From positions 64,001-128,000 of the forward strand of contig JBBCJC010000001.1 in assembly GCA_037189525.1 (NCBI GenBank): 64,000 bases of DNA, read 5' to 3'. Below, in pieces: positions 1-8,591 of this stretch. The notes beneath the pieces are model-generated. The model worked only from the letters and a program-made list of their open reading frames with translations. It was not told the origin of the DNA and made no database searches. Numbering within the stretch: the stretch's first letter is position 1; each line of letters begins with the position of its first letter. Source of the stretch: Gemmatimonadales bacterium. Lineage in GTDB: Bacteria; Gemmatimonadota; Gemmatimonadetes; Gemmatimonadales; GWC2-71-9. Made by a program: the position numbers and the translations under genes.

Positions 1-45
1 GACAATTTCCTCGCGGCCAAACTGAGTTACTGGTTCAAGGTCTGA
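1..45 (+). CDS. 3' end of a truncated upstream CDS, possibly an outer-membrane protein (DUF5916-like C-terminus)
   Basis: Frame 1 reads DNFLAAKLSYWFKV-stop(TGA 43-45). The amphipathic aromatic C-terminus is typical of OM beta-barrels; only 14 residues are visible. Confidence 0.4.
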   Translation, partial: DNFLAAKLSYWFKV

Positions 46-64
46 CCGATCCGCAGCCCTCTCC

Positions 65-114
65 TTGACGGGATAGGAGAGGGCTGCCACTATTCTCCTA
101 TGCACCATAGGAGA
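65..114 (+). promoter_or_regulatory. Putative sigma70 promoter and palindromic PadR operator overlapping the RBS
   Basis: TTGACG (65-70), 17 nt, then CACTAT (88-93). Perfect 9-bp inverted repeat TCTCCTATG-cac-CATAGGAGA (94-114), whose right arm contains the SD AGGAGA of padR. Confidence 0.65.
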
Positions 115-119
115 GTAGC

Positions 120-461
120 ATGACCCGTCAGGCCGACCTGCTTCCCGGCAACCTCGATCTCGTGATCCTCAAGGCGGTGTCGCTCGGTGAGGTGCACGGA
201 TATGGGGTGCTGCTCCGGATCGAGGCGATTTCCCAGGGCGCCATCCTGGTCCAGCAGGGCGCCCTGTATCCCGCGCTCTATCGGCTGGAGCACCAGGGTC
301 TGCTCGCGAGCAAGTGGGGCACCTCGGACAATAACCGCCGCGCCAAGTACTACCGGCTGACTCCGCTGGGCCGCCGCCAGTTCGAAGATCAGAAGACCAG
401 CTGGGGCCGGCTGGCCGACGCGATCACGCTGACCCTGGCTGCCACGCCGCAGGAGGTGTGA
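120..461 (+). CDS. PadR-family transcriptional regulator (acidobacterial, ADOP-associated type)
   Basis: LDLVILKAVS..HGYGVLLRIE..GALYPALYRLE..WGTSDNNRRAKYYRLT winged-helix signature; directly upstream of an ADOP permease. Confidence 0.95.
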   Translation: MTRQADLLPGNLDLVILKAVSLGEVHGYGVLLRIEAISQGAILVQQGALYPALYRLEHQGLLASKWGTSDNNRRAKYYRLTPLGRRQFEDQKTSWGRLADAITLTLAATPQEV

Positions 462-462
462 C

Positions 463-3177
463 GTGCCGAGTCACGCCAGCCTGACGGCCCGATTGCGGTC
501 GCTCGCGCGCGGCCTGCTCTGCCGCAATGACGTCGAGGCCGAGATCCGCGAGGAATTTCAGCACCATATCGCGATGCGCGCCGAGCACCTCGAGCGCCAG
601 GGACTCGACCCGGTTGCAGCCGCGCGGCAAGCGCGAGTCGAGTTCGGCCACCAGGACACCCACCGGGAGGAGGCGCGACAGTCGCGCGGCCTCCGCGTCT
701 TCGACCAGGTCCGCTTCTCGTGGCTCGACCTCAAGCTCGGCGTCCGAATGGTAACTCGGCACCCGATGCTCAGCATCGCAGCCATCTTTGCGCTCGCGGT
801 GGGCATCCCGATCGGCATTGCGCCGAGCCACGTGGCAACCGCGCTGGAAGCCCCACTCCCCGGCGACCCGGACCATCGGGTTCGGGCCCTCCGCACCTGG
901 GACCCGATGGCCGCGAGGGTTCACGCGACGCTCTACGAGGAGTTCGACTTCTACACTCGGGAGCTCAAGAGTTTTGCGGCGTTGGCCGCGTTTCGGACAT
1001 CGTCCTACAGCGTGGCATCCGACGACGGTCGAGCAGCGCCCGTCGCGGGAGCGGAGATCACCTCGACCGGTTTTGCCGTGCTTCGGGTTGCGCCCCACCT
1101 TGGCCGGACCCTGACCGCAGCCGACGACGAGTACGGCGCGCCGGATGTGGCCGTCCTCGGATACAGCCTTTGGCGATCGCGGTTCGGAGCGGACCCCAAC
1201 ATCGTGGGCCGGACCCTTCGGGTGGGGAGCACGGTCCGCACGGTCGTCGGTGTGATGCCGGACGGCTTCCGGTTCCCGTCCAACGAGCAGCTTTGGCTTC
1301 CGATGGCTGCGCATGCTGCCGGAAACATGGCCGGCCAGGCACGCGTTCAGATCGTGGGACGTCTCGCGGATGGCGTATCGGCCGACCAGGCGCAGGCGGA
1401 GCTCGCGGCGATGGGACCGCCGCCGCTCACCGAACCCACCGAAGGACGGCGGCGGCTTCGGCCAGAAGTCGTTCCGTTCGGGCTGCTGTTCATGGGCTTG
1501 CCGCGCAGCGGTCTCGACAGCATGCCGGAGTACTGGCTGGTACAGGCGCTCAGCCTGGCGCTCCTGCTGGTGGCGTGTGGCAATGTCGCCATGCTCGTCT
1601 TTGCCCGCACCGTTACGCGATTCAAGGAAATGGCCATCCGCACCGCGCTCGGCGCGAGCCGGTCGCGGATCGTGAGCCAGGTCTTCGTCGAGACGCTGGT
1701 GCTGGCGGTCGTCGCGGCCGGTGCTGGCGTCCTCACGGTCGACTGGATCGTTCGACACGTGAACCTCGCGGCATTTGTCGGGGCGGCGGCCCTGCCCTAC
1801 TGGCTCTCGTTAGGCATCACAGGCAAGGCCATGGTCCAGGCCATTGCCCTCGCAGCGATCTGCGCCACGGTGGCCGGCGTGGCACCCGCCATCCGGATCA
1901 CTAGCCGCGCGGCGCGCGAGCGGGTCTCGGCGCAGGTACCGTCACGCTTCGGCGGGCTCACCACTGCCCTGGTCGTTGGAGACATTGCCGTCTCGGTCGC
2001 CGTGGTGGGACTGGCGCTGGCCATGGTCGGACGGGCAACCGATCTGAAGCAGGACGATCGGGCGGCGGGCATTCCAGCGGCAGAATATCTCGCTGTGGAA
2101 CTTCGACTGCCCGACGACGGCTTACCGGCTACCGCTGGGCAGGAGCAGCAGCGGTTGACCGACCGCCTCGCCACGATCCAACGTGAACTGGTCGCAACCC
2201 TCACCCGGGAACCTGGGGTCACCAGCGTTGCGATTGCCGACGCGCTACCCCGGATGGATCATCGAGCCCGGCCGTACGAGGTCGAAGGCCGTGAACGCGC
2301 CACTGATGCCCGGCAGCCCTGGGTGAGCATGGCGCGCGTCGACGTCGGGTTCCTGACCGCGCTCAGCCGATCGGTCCTCTCAGGCCGGGATTTCACGGCG
2401 GAAGACGGAGAACGCGGCCGGGCGGTGGTGATCGTGAATACTGCCTTCGCCACCCGGGAGTTCGGCACCGAGGATCCACTCGGTCGCCGGATCGCCTTTC
2501 CGACCCCGGACGACGAGGCTCCGGTGTGGTACGAGATCATCGGCGTGGTCCCGCACCTCGGCGTCAACATGGTCAATCCCGAAAAGGGCGCCGCGGTCTA
2601 CGTACCAACCGGCCCCGGACAGCTCAACCCGATGCAGCTGGCAATCCATACCGGCCCCGCGCCGGAGCGACTGGTGTCGCGGCTTCCGGTACTGGTAGCA
2701 TCGATCGATCCTGGGCTGGTGATGGGAGCACCGGTCGTGCTGAGTAACGTGCGCCAGAGCGACTGGTACCTCGTGCTGGCCGTCGCAAGCGGACTGCTGG
2801 TATTGGTCGGCGTGCTGGTGGCTCTCGCTGCATCGGGACTCTATGCGATGCTCTCGCTGTCGGTCTCGGAGCGCACCCGCGAAATCGGGATCCGCTCAGC
2901 GCTGGGATCATCTTCGCGTGCGCTGGTGACCACCATCCTGCGGCGTTCGCTGGTACAGATCGGAGTCGGCGCGCTGATCGGCCTGCCATTTGCCGCCCGC
3001 TTCGTCTTCGAGCTTGGTAACGATGCAGGGGGATCGACGTCGGCCGCCGGCTCCCTCTTGTCGGCAGTGGGTCTGGCTGGCATCATTGTGCTGGTGGTGG
3101 GACTGATCGCCTGCCTCGTTCCGACCCGTCGCGTCCTGGCCATCGAGGCAAGCGAAGCGATGCGGGCCGAGGGGTAG
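463..3177 (+). CDS. ADOP-family duplicated MacB/FtsX-type ABC permease with N-terminal permease prefix domain
   Basis: Prefix EIREEFQHHIAMRAE..G..AARQARVEFG; two MacB-PCD + FtsX repeats (ACGNVAML..EMAIRTALGASR; ERTREIGIRSALG); ends EAMRAE. SD GGAGG lies in the padR 3' end. Confidence 0.92.
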   Translation: MPSHASLTARLRSLARGLLCRNDVEAEIREEFQHHIAMRAEHLERQGLDPVAAARQARVEFGHQDTHREEARQSRGLRVFDQVRFSWLDLKLGVRMVTRHPMLSIAAIFALAVGIPIGIAPSHVATALEAPLPGDPDHRVRALRTWDPMAARVHATLYEEFDFYTRELKSFAALAAFRTSSYSVASDDGRAAPVAGAEITSTGFAVLRVAPHLGRTLTAADDEYGAPDVAVLGYSLWRSRFGADPNIVGRTLRVGSTVRTVVGVMPDGFRFPSNEQLWLPMAAHAAGNMAGQARVQIVGRLADGVSADQAQAELAAMGPPPLTEPTEGRRRLRPEVVPFGLLFMGLPRSGLDSMPEYWLVQALSLALLLVACGNVAMLVFARTVTRFKEMAIRTALGASRSRIVSQVFVETLVLAVVAAGAGVLTVDWIVRHVNLAAFVGAAALPYWLSLGITGKAMVQAIALAAICATVAGVAPAIRITSRAARERVSAQVPSRFGGLTTALVVGDIAVSVAVVGLALAMVGRATDLKQDDRAAGIPAAEYLAVELRLPDDGLPATAGQEQQRLTDRLATIQRELVATLTREPGVTSVAIADALPRMDHRARPYEVEGRERATDARQPWVSMARVDVGFLTALSRSVLSGRDFTAEDGERGRAVVIVNTAFATREFGTEDPLGRRIAFPTPDDEAPVWYEIIGVVPHLGVNMVNPEKGAAVYVPTGPGQLNPMQLAIHTGPAPERLVSRLPVLVASIDPGLVMGAPVVLSNVRQSDWYLVLAVASGLLVLVGVLVALAASGLYAMLSLSVSERTREIGIRSALGSSSRALVTTILRRSLVQIGVGALIGLPFAARFVFELGNDAGGSTSAAGSLLSAVGLAGIIVLVVGLIACLVPTRRVLAIEASEAMRAEG

Positions 3178-3213
3178 CCTGGGCAAACATTCTTCGCTCG
3201 AGCAAAACAGCCC

Positions 3214-3633
3214 ATGTCCGCCGGGTACTCTGGGACTCCCCTTCAGAAGAAACTGGGCATCAAGCCCGGTACGCACCTGACGGCACTGAGCGCACCCTCC
3301 GACTACCGGTCCCTGCTCAGCGAGTTGCCTGAAGGTGCGGCGATCTCGACCCGCCTCACGACCGCCACCGCCATGGTCCACCTGTTCGTTACCAAACGCC
3401 AGGACCTGGCCAAGCATCTCACCAGCCTCAGGACCAAGGTGCGGGATGACGTCCCGGTCTGGGTTTCCTGGCCAAAGAAAACGTCGGGCGTGCCTTCGAC
3501 CGTGACCGAGGATGTGATCCGCGAAGTGGCGCTGCCCTTGGGCTTCGTCGATATCAAGGTGTGCGCGGTGTCCGAGATCTGGTCGGGTCTCAAGCTCGTG
3601 ATCCGCAAGGAGCTGCGGAGCCGGCCCGGCTGA
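3214..3633 (+). CDS. DUF3052-family protein
   Basis: GYSGTPLQKKLGIK...WVSWPKK.SGV..TVTEDVIR..ALPLG.VDIKVCAVSE.WSGLKLV pattern. Confidence 0.8.
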   Translation: MSAGYSGTPLQKKLGIKPGTHLTALSAPSDYRSLLSELPEGAAISTRLTTATAMVHLFVTKRQDLAKHLTSLRTKVRDDVPVWVSWPKKTSGVPSTVTEDVIREVALPLGFVDIKVCAVSEIWSGLKLVIRKELRSRPG

Positions 3634-3676
3634 CGATCGCGCGGGGACGTTTAGATTCACCCTGTTCTGCGGCTGG

Positions 3677-4258
3677 ATGTCCACTCAGGAGCGACCGATG
3701 TTCTCCTATCCGCACACGATCGACAACGGCCTGGGCGAACGGCTCACCTTTCTGCGACGGGTGACCACGCCGGAGGGCGAAGCGCTCGAAATCGAGAGCG
3801 CCGTCCAGCCCGGTGTCGGACCGCCGATGCACGCGCATCTGATCCAGGAAGAAGGCTTCACCGTCGATAGCGGCCGAGTCGGCTACCAGCGCAAGGGCGA
3901 GGAGCCGCAGTTTGCCGGCCCCGGCGAGTCGGTGGTGTTTCGGGCCGGCGAATCGCACCGGTTCTGGAATGCGGGCACAGATGAGCTGCGATGCACCGGA
4001 TACATTCGTCCGCCCGACAATATCGAGTACTTCCTTGGCGCCCTGTTCAATGCCCAAAAGGCATCAGGAGCCGCTCGGCCCGAAGTATTCGATGCGGCAT
4101 TTCTGATCTCGCGCTACCGAAGCGAGTTCTCGATGGACGAGATCCCCGTCTTCGTGCAGCGTGTCATCTTTCCGGTCCAGGTGATGCTTGGCCACGCACT
4201 CGGTAAGTACCGGAAGTTTGCCGATGCCCCGCCCCCTGTGCACCGACGATTGGGCTGA
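3677..4258 (+). CDS. Cupin domain protein
   Basis: PPMHAHLIQEEGF and GESHRFWN cupin motifs; alternative start ATG 3698. Confidence 0.85.
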   Translation: MSTQERPMFSYPHTIDNGLGERLTFLRRVTTPEGEALEIESAVQPGVGPPMHAHLIQEEGFTVDSGRVGYQRKGEEPQFAGPGESVVFRAGESHRFWNAGTDELRCTGYIRPPDNIEYFLGALFNAQKASGAARPEVFDAAFLISRYRSEFSMDEIPVFVQRVIFPVQVMLGHALGKYRKFADAPPPVHRRLG

Positions 4259-4296
4259 TCTCTCGAACATCTCCCGACCCGCGCCGGAGTGGAGCT

Positions 4297-4881
4297 ATGA
4301 GCACGCCGAATCCGAAAGTCGAGGCCTTCGTCGCCCGGGCCACTGCATGGCAGAGGGAGATCCGGAAGCTGCGGAGTATCCTGCTCGACGCGGGGCTGGA
4401 CGAGGACCTGAAATGGGGTAAGCCTTGCTTCATGTTCGAGGGGCAGAATGTCGCCATCATTCAGCCCTTCAAAGCACATTGCGCGCTGATGTTCTTCAAG
4501 GGCGCCTTACTCGAGGACACGCACGGGTTGCTCCGCAACCAGGGCGAGAACACCCAGTCGGCGATGCGGCTCGAGTTTACCAGCGAGGCGTCGATCAAGA
4601 AATCGGTGGTCACGTCGTACGTGAAGCAGGCCATCGCGGTGGAACAGCGCGGCGAGAAGGTCGCGTTCAAGGCAAAGGAGGCCTTGGAGCTTCCGGCCGA
4701 ACTGCGCCAGATCCTCGACAAGGACCGCAAGCTGGCCAAGGCGTTCAGCGCCCTGACGCCCGGCCGGCAGCGAGCCTACGTCCTCTATTTCACCGGAGCA
4801 AAGCAGCCCGCGACGCGGATCGCCCGGATCGAGAGATCGGCCCCCGCGATCCTTGCGGGCAAGGGCATCCACGATCGGTAA
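4297..4881 (+). CDS. YdeI/OmpD-associated family protein (DUF1801 + OmdA domain)
   Basis: EDLKWGKPCF, FFKGALL, QGENTQSA, AFSALTPGRQRAY..GAKQ.ATR..RI motifs; SD GGAG upstream. Confidence 0.88.
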   Translation: MSTPNPKVEAFVARATAWQREIRKLRSILLDAGLDEDLKWGKPCFMFEGQNVAIIQPFKAHCALMFFKGALLEDTHGLLRNQGENTQSAMRLEFTSEASIKKSVVTSYVKQAIAVEQRGEKVAFKAKEALELPAELRQILDKDRKLAKAFSALTPGRQRAYVLYFTGAKQPATRIARIERSAPAILAGKGIHDR

Positions 4882-4906
4882 CCCCGGTGACGCCAGCATT
4901 GACCCG

Positions 4907-5392
4907 ATGACGTCGTGTACCTTTTGCGATATCGTCGCAGGACGGATCCCGGCAACGATCGTTGCGGCCGATCGCGATACCGTGGCGTTCCTCGACATAC
5001 GTCAATTCCATCTCGGCCACGTTCTGGTCGTGCCACGTACTCACGTAGCCGACATCCGCGACGTTGGTGACGACCTCGCAGCCGCGATACTCGTGACGGT
5101 CGCTCGGGTCGCGCGCGCCGTGGACAGGATTTTTCCGAACGATGGCCTCTCGGTCTGGCATTCGGCGGGCGCCGGCGCCAATCAGGAGGTGCCTCACCTG
5201 CATTTCCACGTCCATCCCCGGATCATCGGCGACGATCTCCTCCGGATCTATCCATCGTCGCCCGATCACCCCGATCGGAGCCAACTGGACGCCTGGGGCG
5301 ATCGTCTGCGAGCCGAACTGGCTCGAGCCGCCAGTCTCCGTGCCAGCGAGCCCGAGGCCGACGCCAGCAACGACACCGATTCAATCGTATAA
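4907..5392 (+). CDS. HIT family nucleotide hydrolase
   Basis: CTFCDIVAG N-terminus, AFLDI..GHVLVVP, and histidine triad QEVPHLHFHVHP; start set at ATG 4907. Confidence 0.9.
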   Translation: MTSCTFCDIVAGRIPATIVAADRDTVAFLDIRQFHLGHVLVVPRTHVADIRDVGDDLAAAILVTVARVARAVDRIFPNDGLSVWHSAGAGANQEVPHLHFHVHPRIIGDDLLRIYPSSPDHPDRSQLDAWGDRLRAELARAASLRASEPEADASNDTDSIV

Positions 5393-5439
5393 TCCAGAAC
5401 GTCCGATCGCCCGTCCCCGTGAACCAATCAGGAGATGCG

Positions 5440-5853
5440 ATGGCTGAGAACAAGACTCAACCAACCGCGGCCAGCGTCGAAGACTACCTGGCAGCGCGGG
5501 GCACCGAAGAGCAACGCGCCGATTGCCGCGCACTGATGGCGATCCTGCAGCGAGTCACGAAGCAGAAACCCACGATGTGGGGGCCGAGCATCGTCGGCTA
5601 CGGTTCCTACCGATACACCTACGAAAGCGGGCGAACCGGCGAAGCCTGCCTGACCGGCTTCGCCATTCGTGGCAAGGAGCTCGTCGTCTATCTGATGGCG
5701 GAAGGTCCGTCGGAACGGCTGCTGACCAAGCTGGGCAAGCACAGGATCGGCAAGTCCTGTCTCTACTTCAAACGCCTGTCCGATCTCGACAGCGCCGTCC
5801 TGGAACAGCTCGTGGCCAACTCCGTCGCCGACCTCAAGCGTCGTCACGGCTGA
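5440..5853 (+). CDS. DUF1801 (YdhG-like) domain protein
   Basis: MAENKTQPT..SV..MWGPSIVGYGSY.Y.YESGR.G...LGKH..GKSCLY.KRL.D; SD AGGAG before ATG 5440. Confidence 0.88.
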   Translation: MAENKTQPTAASVEDYLAARGTEEQRADCRALMAILQRVTKQKPTMWGPSIVGYGSYRYTYESGRTGEACLTGFAIRGKELVVYLMAEGPSERLLTKLGKHRIGKSCLYFKRLSDLDSAVLEQLVANSVADLKRRHG

Positions 5854-5940
5854 CCGGGACTGAAACGCCATCCGCTCGGGCACCCCTTGCCACCGGAGTA
5901 TCCGAGCGGACGGACATCGTCCCTGCACGCCTTGCGACGT

Positions 5941-8442
5941 CTACTTCATCCGTTCGGCCGTGAACTGCATCCGGAACTGCTCACCCGGCCACACCTCGCC
6001 TTCCTCCTCGTCGACAAACCAGATCGTCAAGGCAATGACGCCGCTCATAGACGTCCCGTTCCGGGTCGCCTCCACCTGGACGGCGCCGGCCGGCCCCGTC
6101 TGATTCCCTCCTCCCCGGACCTTGTAGGACGTGGTCCCCAGGATCTGCTGTGATGACATGGTTCCGGTACTCAGTTCCTCGGTCGACTGCGACCAGTAAC
6201 TTTCGCCCCATCCGGCAAAGAACGGACCGACCGTAACCGTCTGCCGCGGCATCACGCCGAGGGGCAACCGCCATTCCTGACCGGAATTGAAGGCGGGAAT
6301 CGGGCAGCAGTTGTCCGGATTCCAGGTTCCGCTGCGCAGCACGCGCAGCCGAAGCTCCGTTCCGCCGCTAACCTCTTCGAGCGCGATCACGCCCGATCTC
6401 GGCACCGCAAGCACCCGCTCCAGCATCCGCGCGATATCGCTGCTGCTCTCGATCTCGTCGCCAAGCAGTTCGTCATGGTCGATGAACGAGGTGATCCGCC
6501 AATAGGGCGCCCCACCGACGAAGCGCTCCGCCTTGGCCAGCACGTGATTCGAAGCGTCCACCAGTTCGACCCGGACCCGATAGGAAATCTCCTCGGGCGC
6601 CACCAGCGTCAGGTCTCGGGTGCTGAACGCGGTGAAAACCGGTTCCTCGTCGCCGATGGTCCAGCGATACCGCGCCGTCGCATCACCGATCCCGCCGTTG
6701 GTGACCCGGTAGGTCACATCCTGTCCCGGCTGCGGATTGACCGGAATCATCTCGACCTCGAACGGCACGCGTTGGACCGAGAACCAGGTGAAATTCATGA
6801 ACTGCCAATCGGGAGACTGGTCCGAGATGGCGGCCCGCTCCTCTACCCCGACTTTGTTGGCCCCCATGGTCAGGGTGATGGCGGCGCCCTCGTCGGCATC
6901 GGCGTTATCCGTGCTGACGAGAGTCCCCGACCCATCGTAGACGACCGAGAGAATCCGCTGCGGCTCCTTGGCGGCCGGACCGCGCAGCACCGGGCAGGTC
7001 GGGCACCGGGTTCGGAAAAGCAGCGTGGTATTGGCCGTCTTCACCGTCTTCTCCACCGGCCGCCAGAGCGTATCGACCGGGTCGAGGTACTCCATCAGCG
7101 TGGGCGGATAGTGATTCTGACCGATGGTTTCGTTCTCGACCGCCGTCCAGTGTGCCGTGATGCCCTGCATCGAAATGAGCGAGGTCACGCCCACGACGAA
7201 CAGATGCGGATACAACTCGCCCGGGGCACCGACGACCGGCGACATCACAAACGGGAGAAAATCCTGTCCGTTGAAAAACAGCGAGGTGGCCTCACCAGGT
7301 TCGTTCGGATCGGCAACCCAGAGTTCGCCGGTGGTACCATCGGACTGCATCCGGTAAGCGACGATGGCATGACCCCTTCTGATACCCTGCTGATAGATCG
7401 CCAGTAGCTGCGGACTGCCGGTCATGCGAATGGCCAGGCCGAGTGCGTCGGTCTGGACTCGAACCCAAGCGGGGCCGCCGGCCGTCATCCCGATCCGCGT
7501 CAGCACCTGCATCGCCTGCTGCACCTGGACTTCGATCTGCGGTGAGGCGCCGGTCTTCTGAATGACCGATGCCAGCCGCACCCCGCGTCCGTTGTCGGAA
7601 TCGAGCGTGGCAAGCCCGTCATAGAGACCGTGCAGGCCGCCCTTCGCCGCTTTTCTGGTGTAGTAGTGGTGGATCGCCGTGATACTGGATCCGGCGCAGT
7701 AGCCCCCCGGACTCAGGTAGTCGCCATAGTTCGCAAAGTCCCAGTCGTCGACTCCCGGCACGAAGCCGCTGTCGAAGGTGCCCTGCAGCGCCGAGCGCGC
7801 CGAGGCAATCAACAGGAGCGTGGCGAGGCCGGGCAGCCGTGCAGTCGACGAGAAACTTCGGAAGGCCGAGGTACCCGGAACCAGCAGTTGGTCGCCCGAG
7901 AGGTGGCGCGTCACGACCACGAGCGAGGTGTCGGTCCGCTGCAGCACGGGCACCAGTTCGAAGGTGCCAGTGGCCGCCTCATAGTAGAACAGCGCGAGAC
8001 TGCTGTCGGGAGACACCCGGGCCGGCACCGAAATGGTAAACGGCACGTCGCTGTAACCCTGGCCGTTTTCGATCTGGATGGCGGGACCGATCTGGCGAAC
8101 ACCGATCGGGAGATTCGGCTTGAGCGTGGGCAGTTCGGTGACCGTCCACGTCGTCGCGGTCGAAAACGCCGCGTTCGGCACGGTGATGGTCAACCCCTGG
8201 AGCGCGCCGGCCTGGGTGACGCGCAACTCGCCGCCCCCCTGGCCTAACGGTTCCCGATCGAGCACCACGCCTTCGGCCGGTCCCGGCGGGGGTGGTGGCG
8301 GAGGCGGGGGCGGCGGAGGTGGTGGAGGCACGACAGGAGGCGGCGGCGGAACGACGGGGTCCGTCGTGCCACCGCAGGACACCAGGAGCGCAGCCGCCAG
8401 CAACAGTGCAACCCGGCCGGCGAGTGGAGAGAAGGCGTTCAT
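5941..8442 (-). CDS. Large lipoprotein: poly-Pro linker, ZU5-like domain, putative papain-like Cys peptidase domain, Ig/PKD-like domains
   Basis: Lipobox LLVSC; long Pro tract; LGQGGGEL..LTITVPNAAF..TRHLS; GYCAGSS / GHAIVAY / WVADPN triad-like motifs; beta-rich C-terminal half. Confidence 0.7.
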   Translation of the reverse strand: MNAFSPLAGRVALLLAAALLVSCGGTTDPVVPPPPPVVPPPPPPPPPPPPPPPGPAEGVVLDREPLGQGGGELRVTQAGALQGLTITVPNAAFSTATTWTVTELPTLKPNLPIGVRQIGPAIQIENGQGYSDVPFTISVPARVSPDSSLALFYYEAATGTFELVPVLQRTDTSLVVVTRHLSGDQLLVPGTSAFRSFSSTARLPGLATLLLIASARSALQGTFDSGFVPGVDDWDFANYGDYLSPGGYCAGSSITAIHHYYTRKAAKGGLHGLYDGLATLDSDNGRGVRLASVIQKTGASPQIEVQVQQAMQVLTRIGMTAGGPAWVRVQTDALGLAIRMTGSPQLLAIYQQGIRRGHAIVAYRMQSDGTTGELWVADPNEPGEATSLFFNGQDFLPFVMSPVVGAPGELYPHLFVVGVTSLISMQGITAHWTAVENETIGQNHYPPTLMEYLDPVDTLWRPVEKTVKTANTTLLFRTRCPTCPVLRGPAAKEPQRILSVVYDGSGTLVSTDNADADEGAAITLTMGANKVGVEERAAISDQSPDWQFMNFTWFSVQRVPFEVEMIPVNPQPGQDVTYRVTNGGIGDATARYRWTIGDEEPVFTAFSTRDLTLVAPEEISYRVRVELVDASNHVLAKAERFVGGAPYWRITSFIDHDELLGDEIESSSDIARMLERVLAVPRSGVIALEEVSGGTELRLRVLRSGTWNPDNCCPIPAFNSGQEWRLPLGVMPRQTVTVGPFFAGWGESYWSQSTEELSTGTMSSQQILGTTSYKVRGGGNQTGPAGAVQVEATRNGTSMSGVIALTIWFVDEEEGEVWPGEQFRMQFTAERMK
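8284..8350 (-). repeat. Low-complexity CCN-codon tract encoding the poly-proline linker
   Basis: GGN-rich run on the + strand encodes PPPPPP-VV-PPPPPPPPPPPPPPP in the - strand lipoprotein. Confidence 0.9.
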
Positions 8443-8591
8443 CACGATTCCGATTGAGATTCCAGGTACTCAAGACGCGCAGCGGCGGCCTCTCAGGGAT
8501 CACCCATCTGGCCGGACGGCGGTCGTGCCTCCATTATTGTCATGCAAGTATCCCTCCGCCGTCTGCACGAACCAACAACCTGGAAGTCGAA

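Noticed and set aside
8284..8350. GGN tandem repeats as a possible CRISPR or contingency locus
   Set aside because: Mixed synonymous Pro codons encoding a linker; no repeat-spacer structure.
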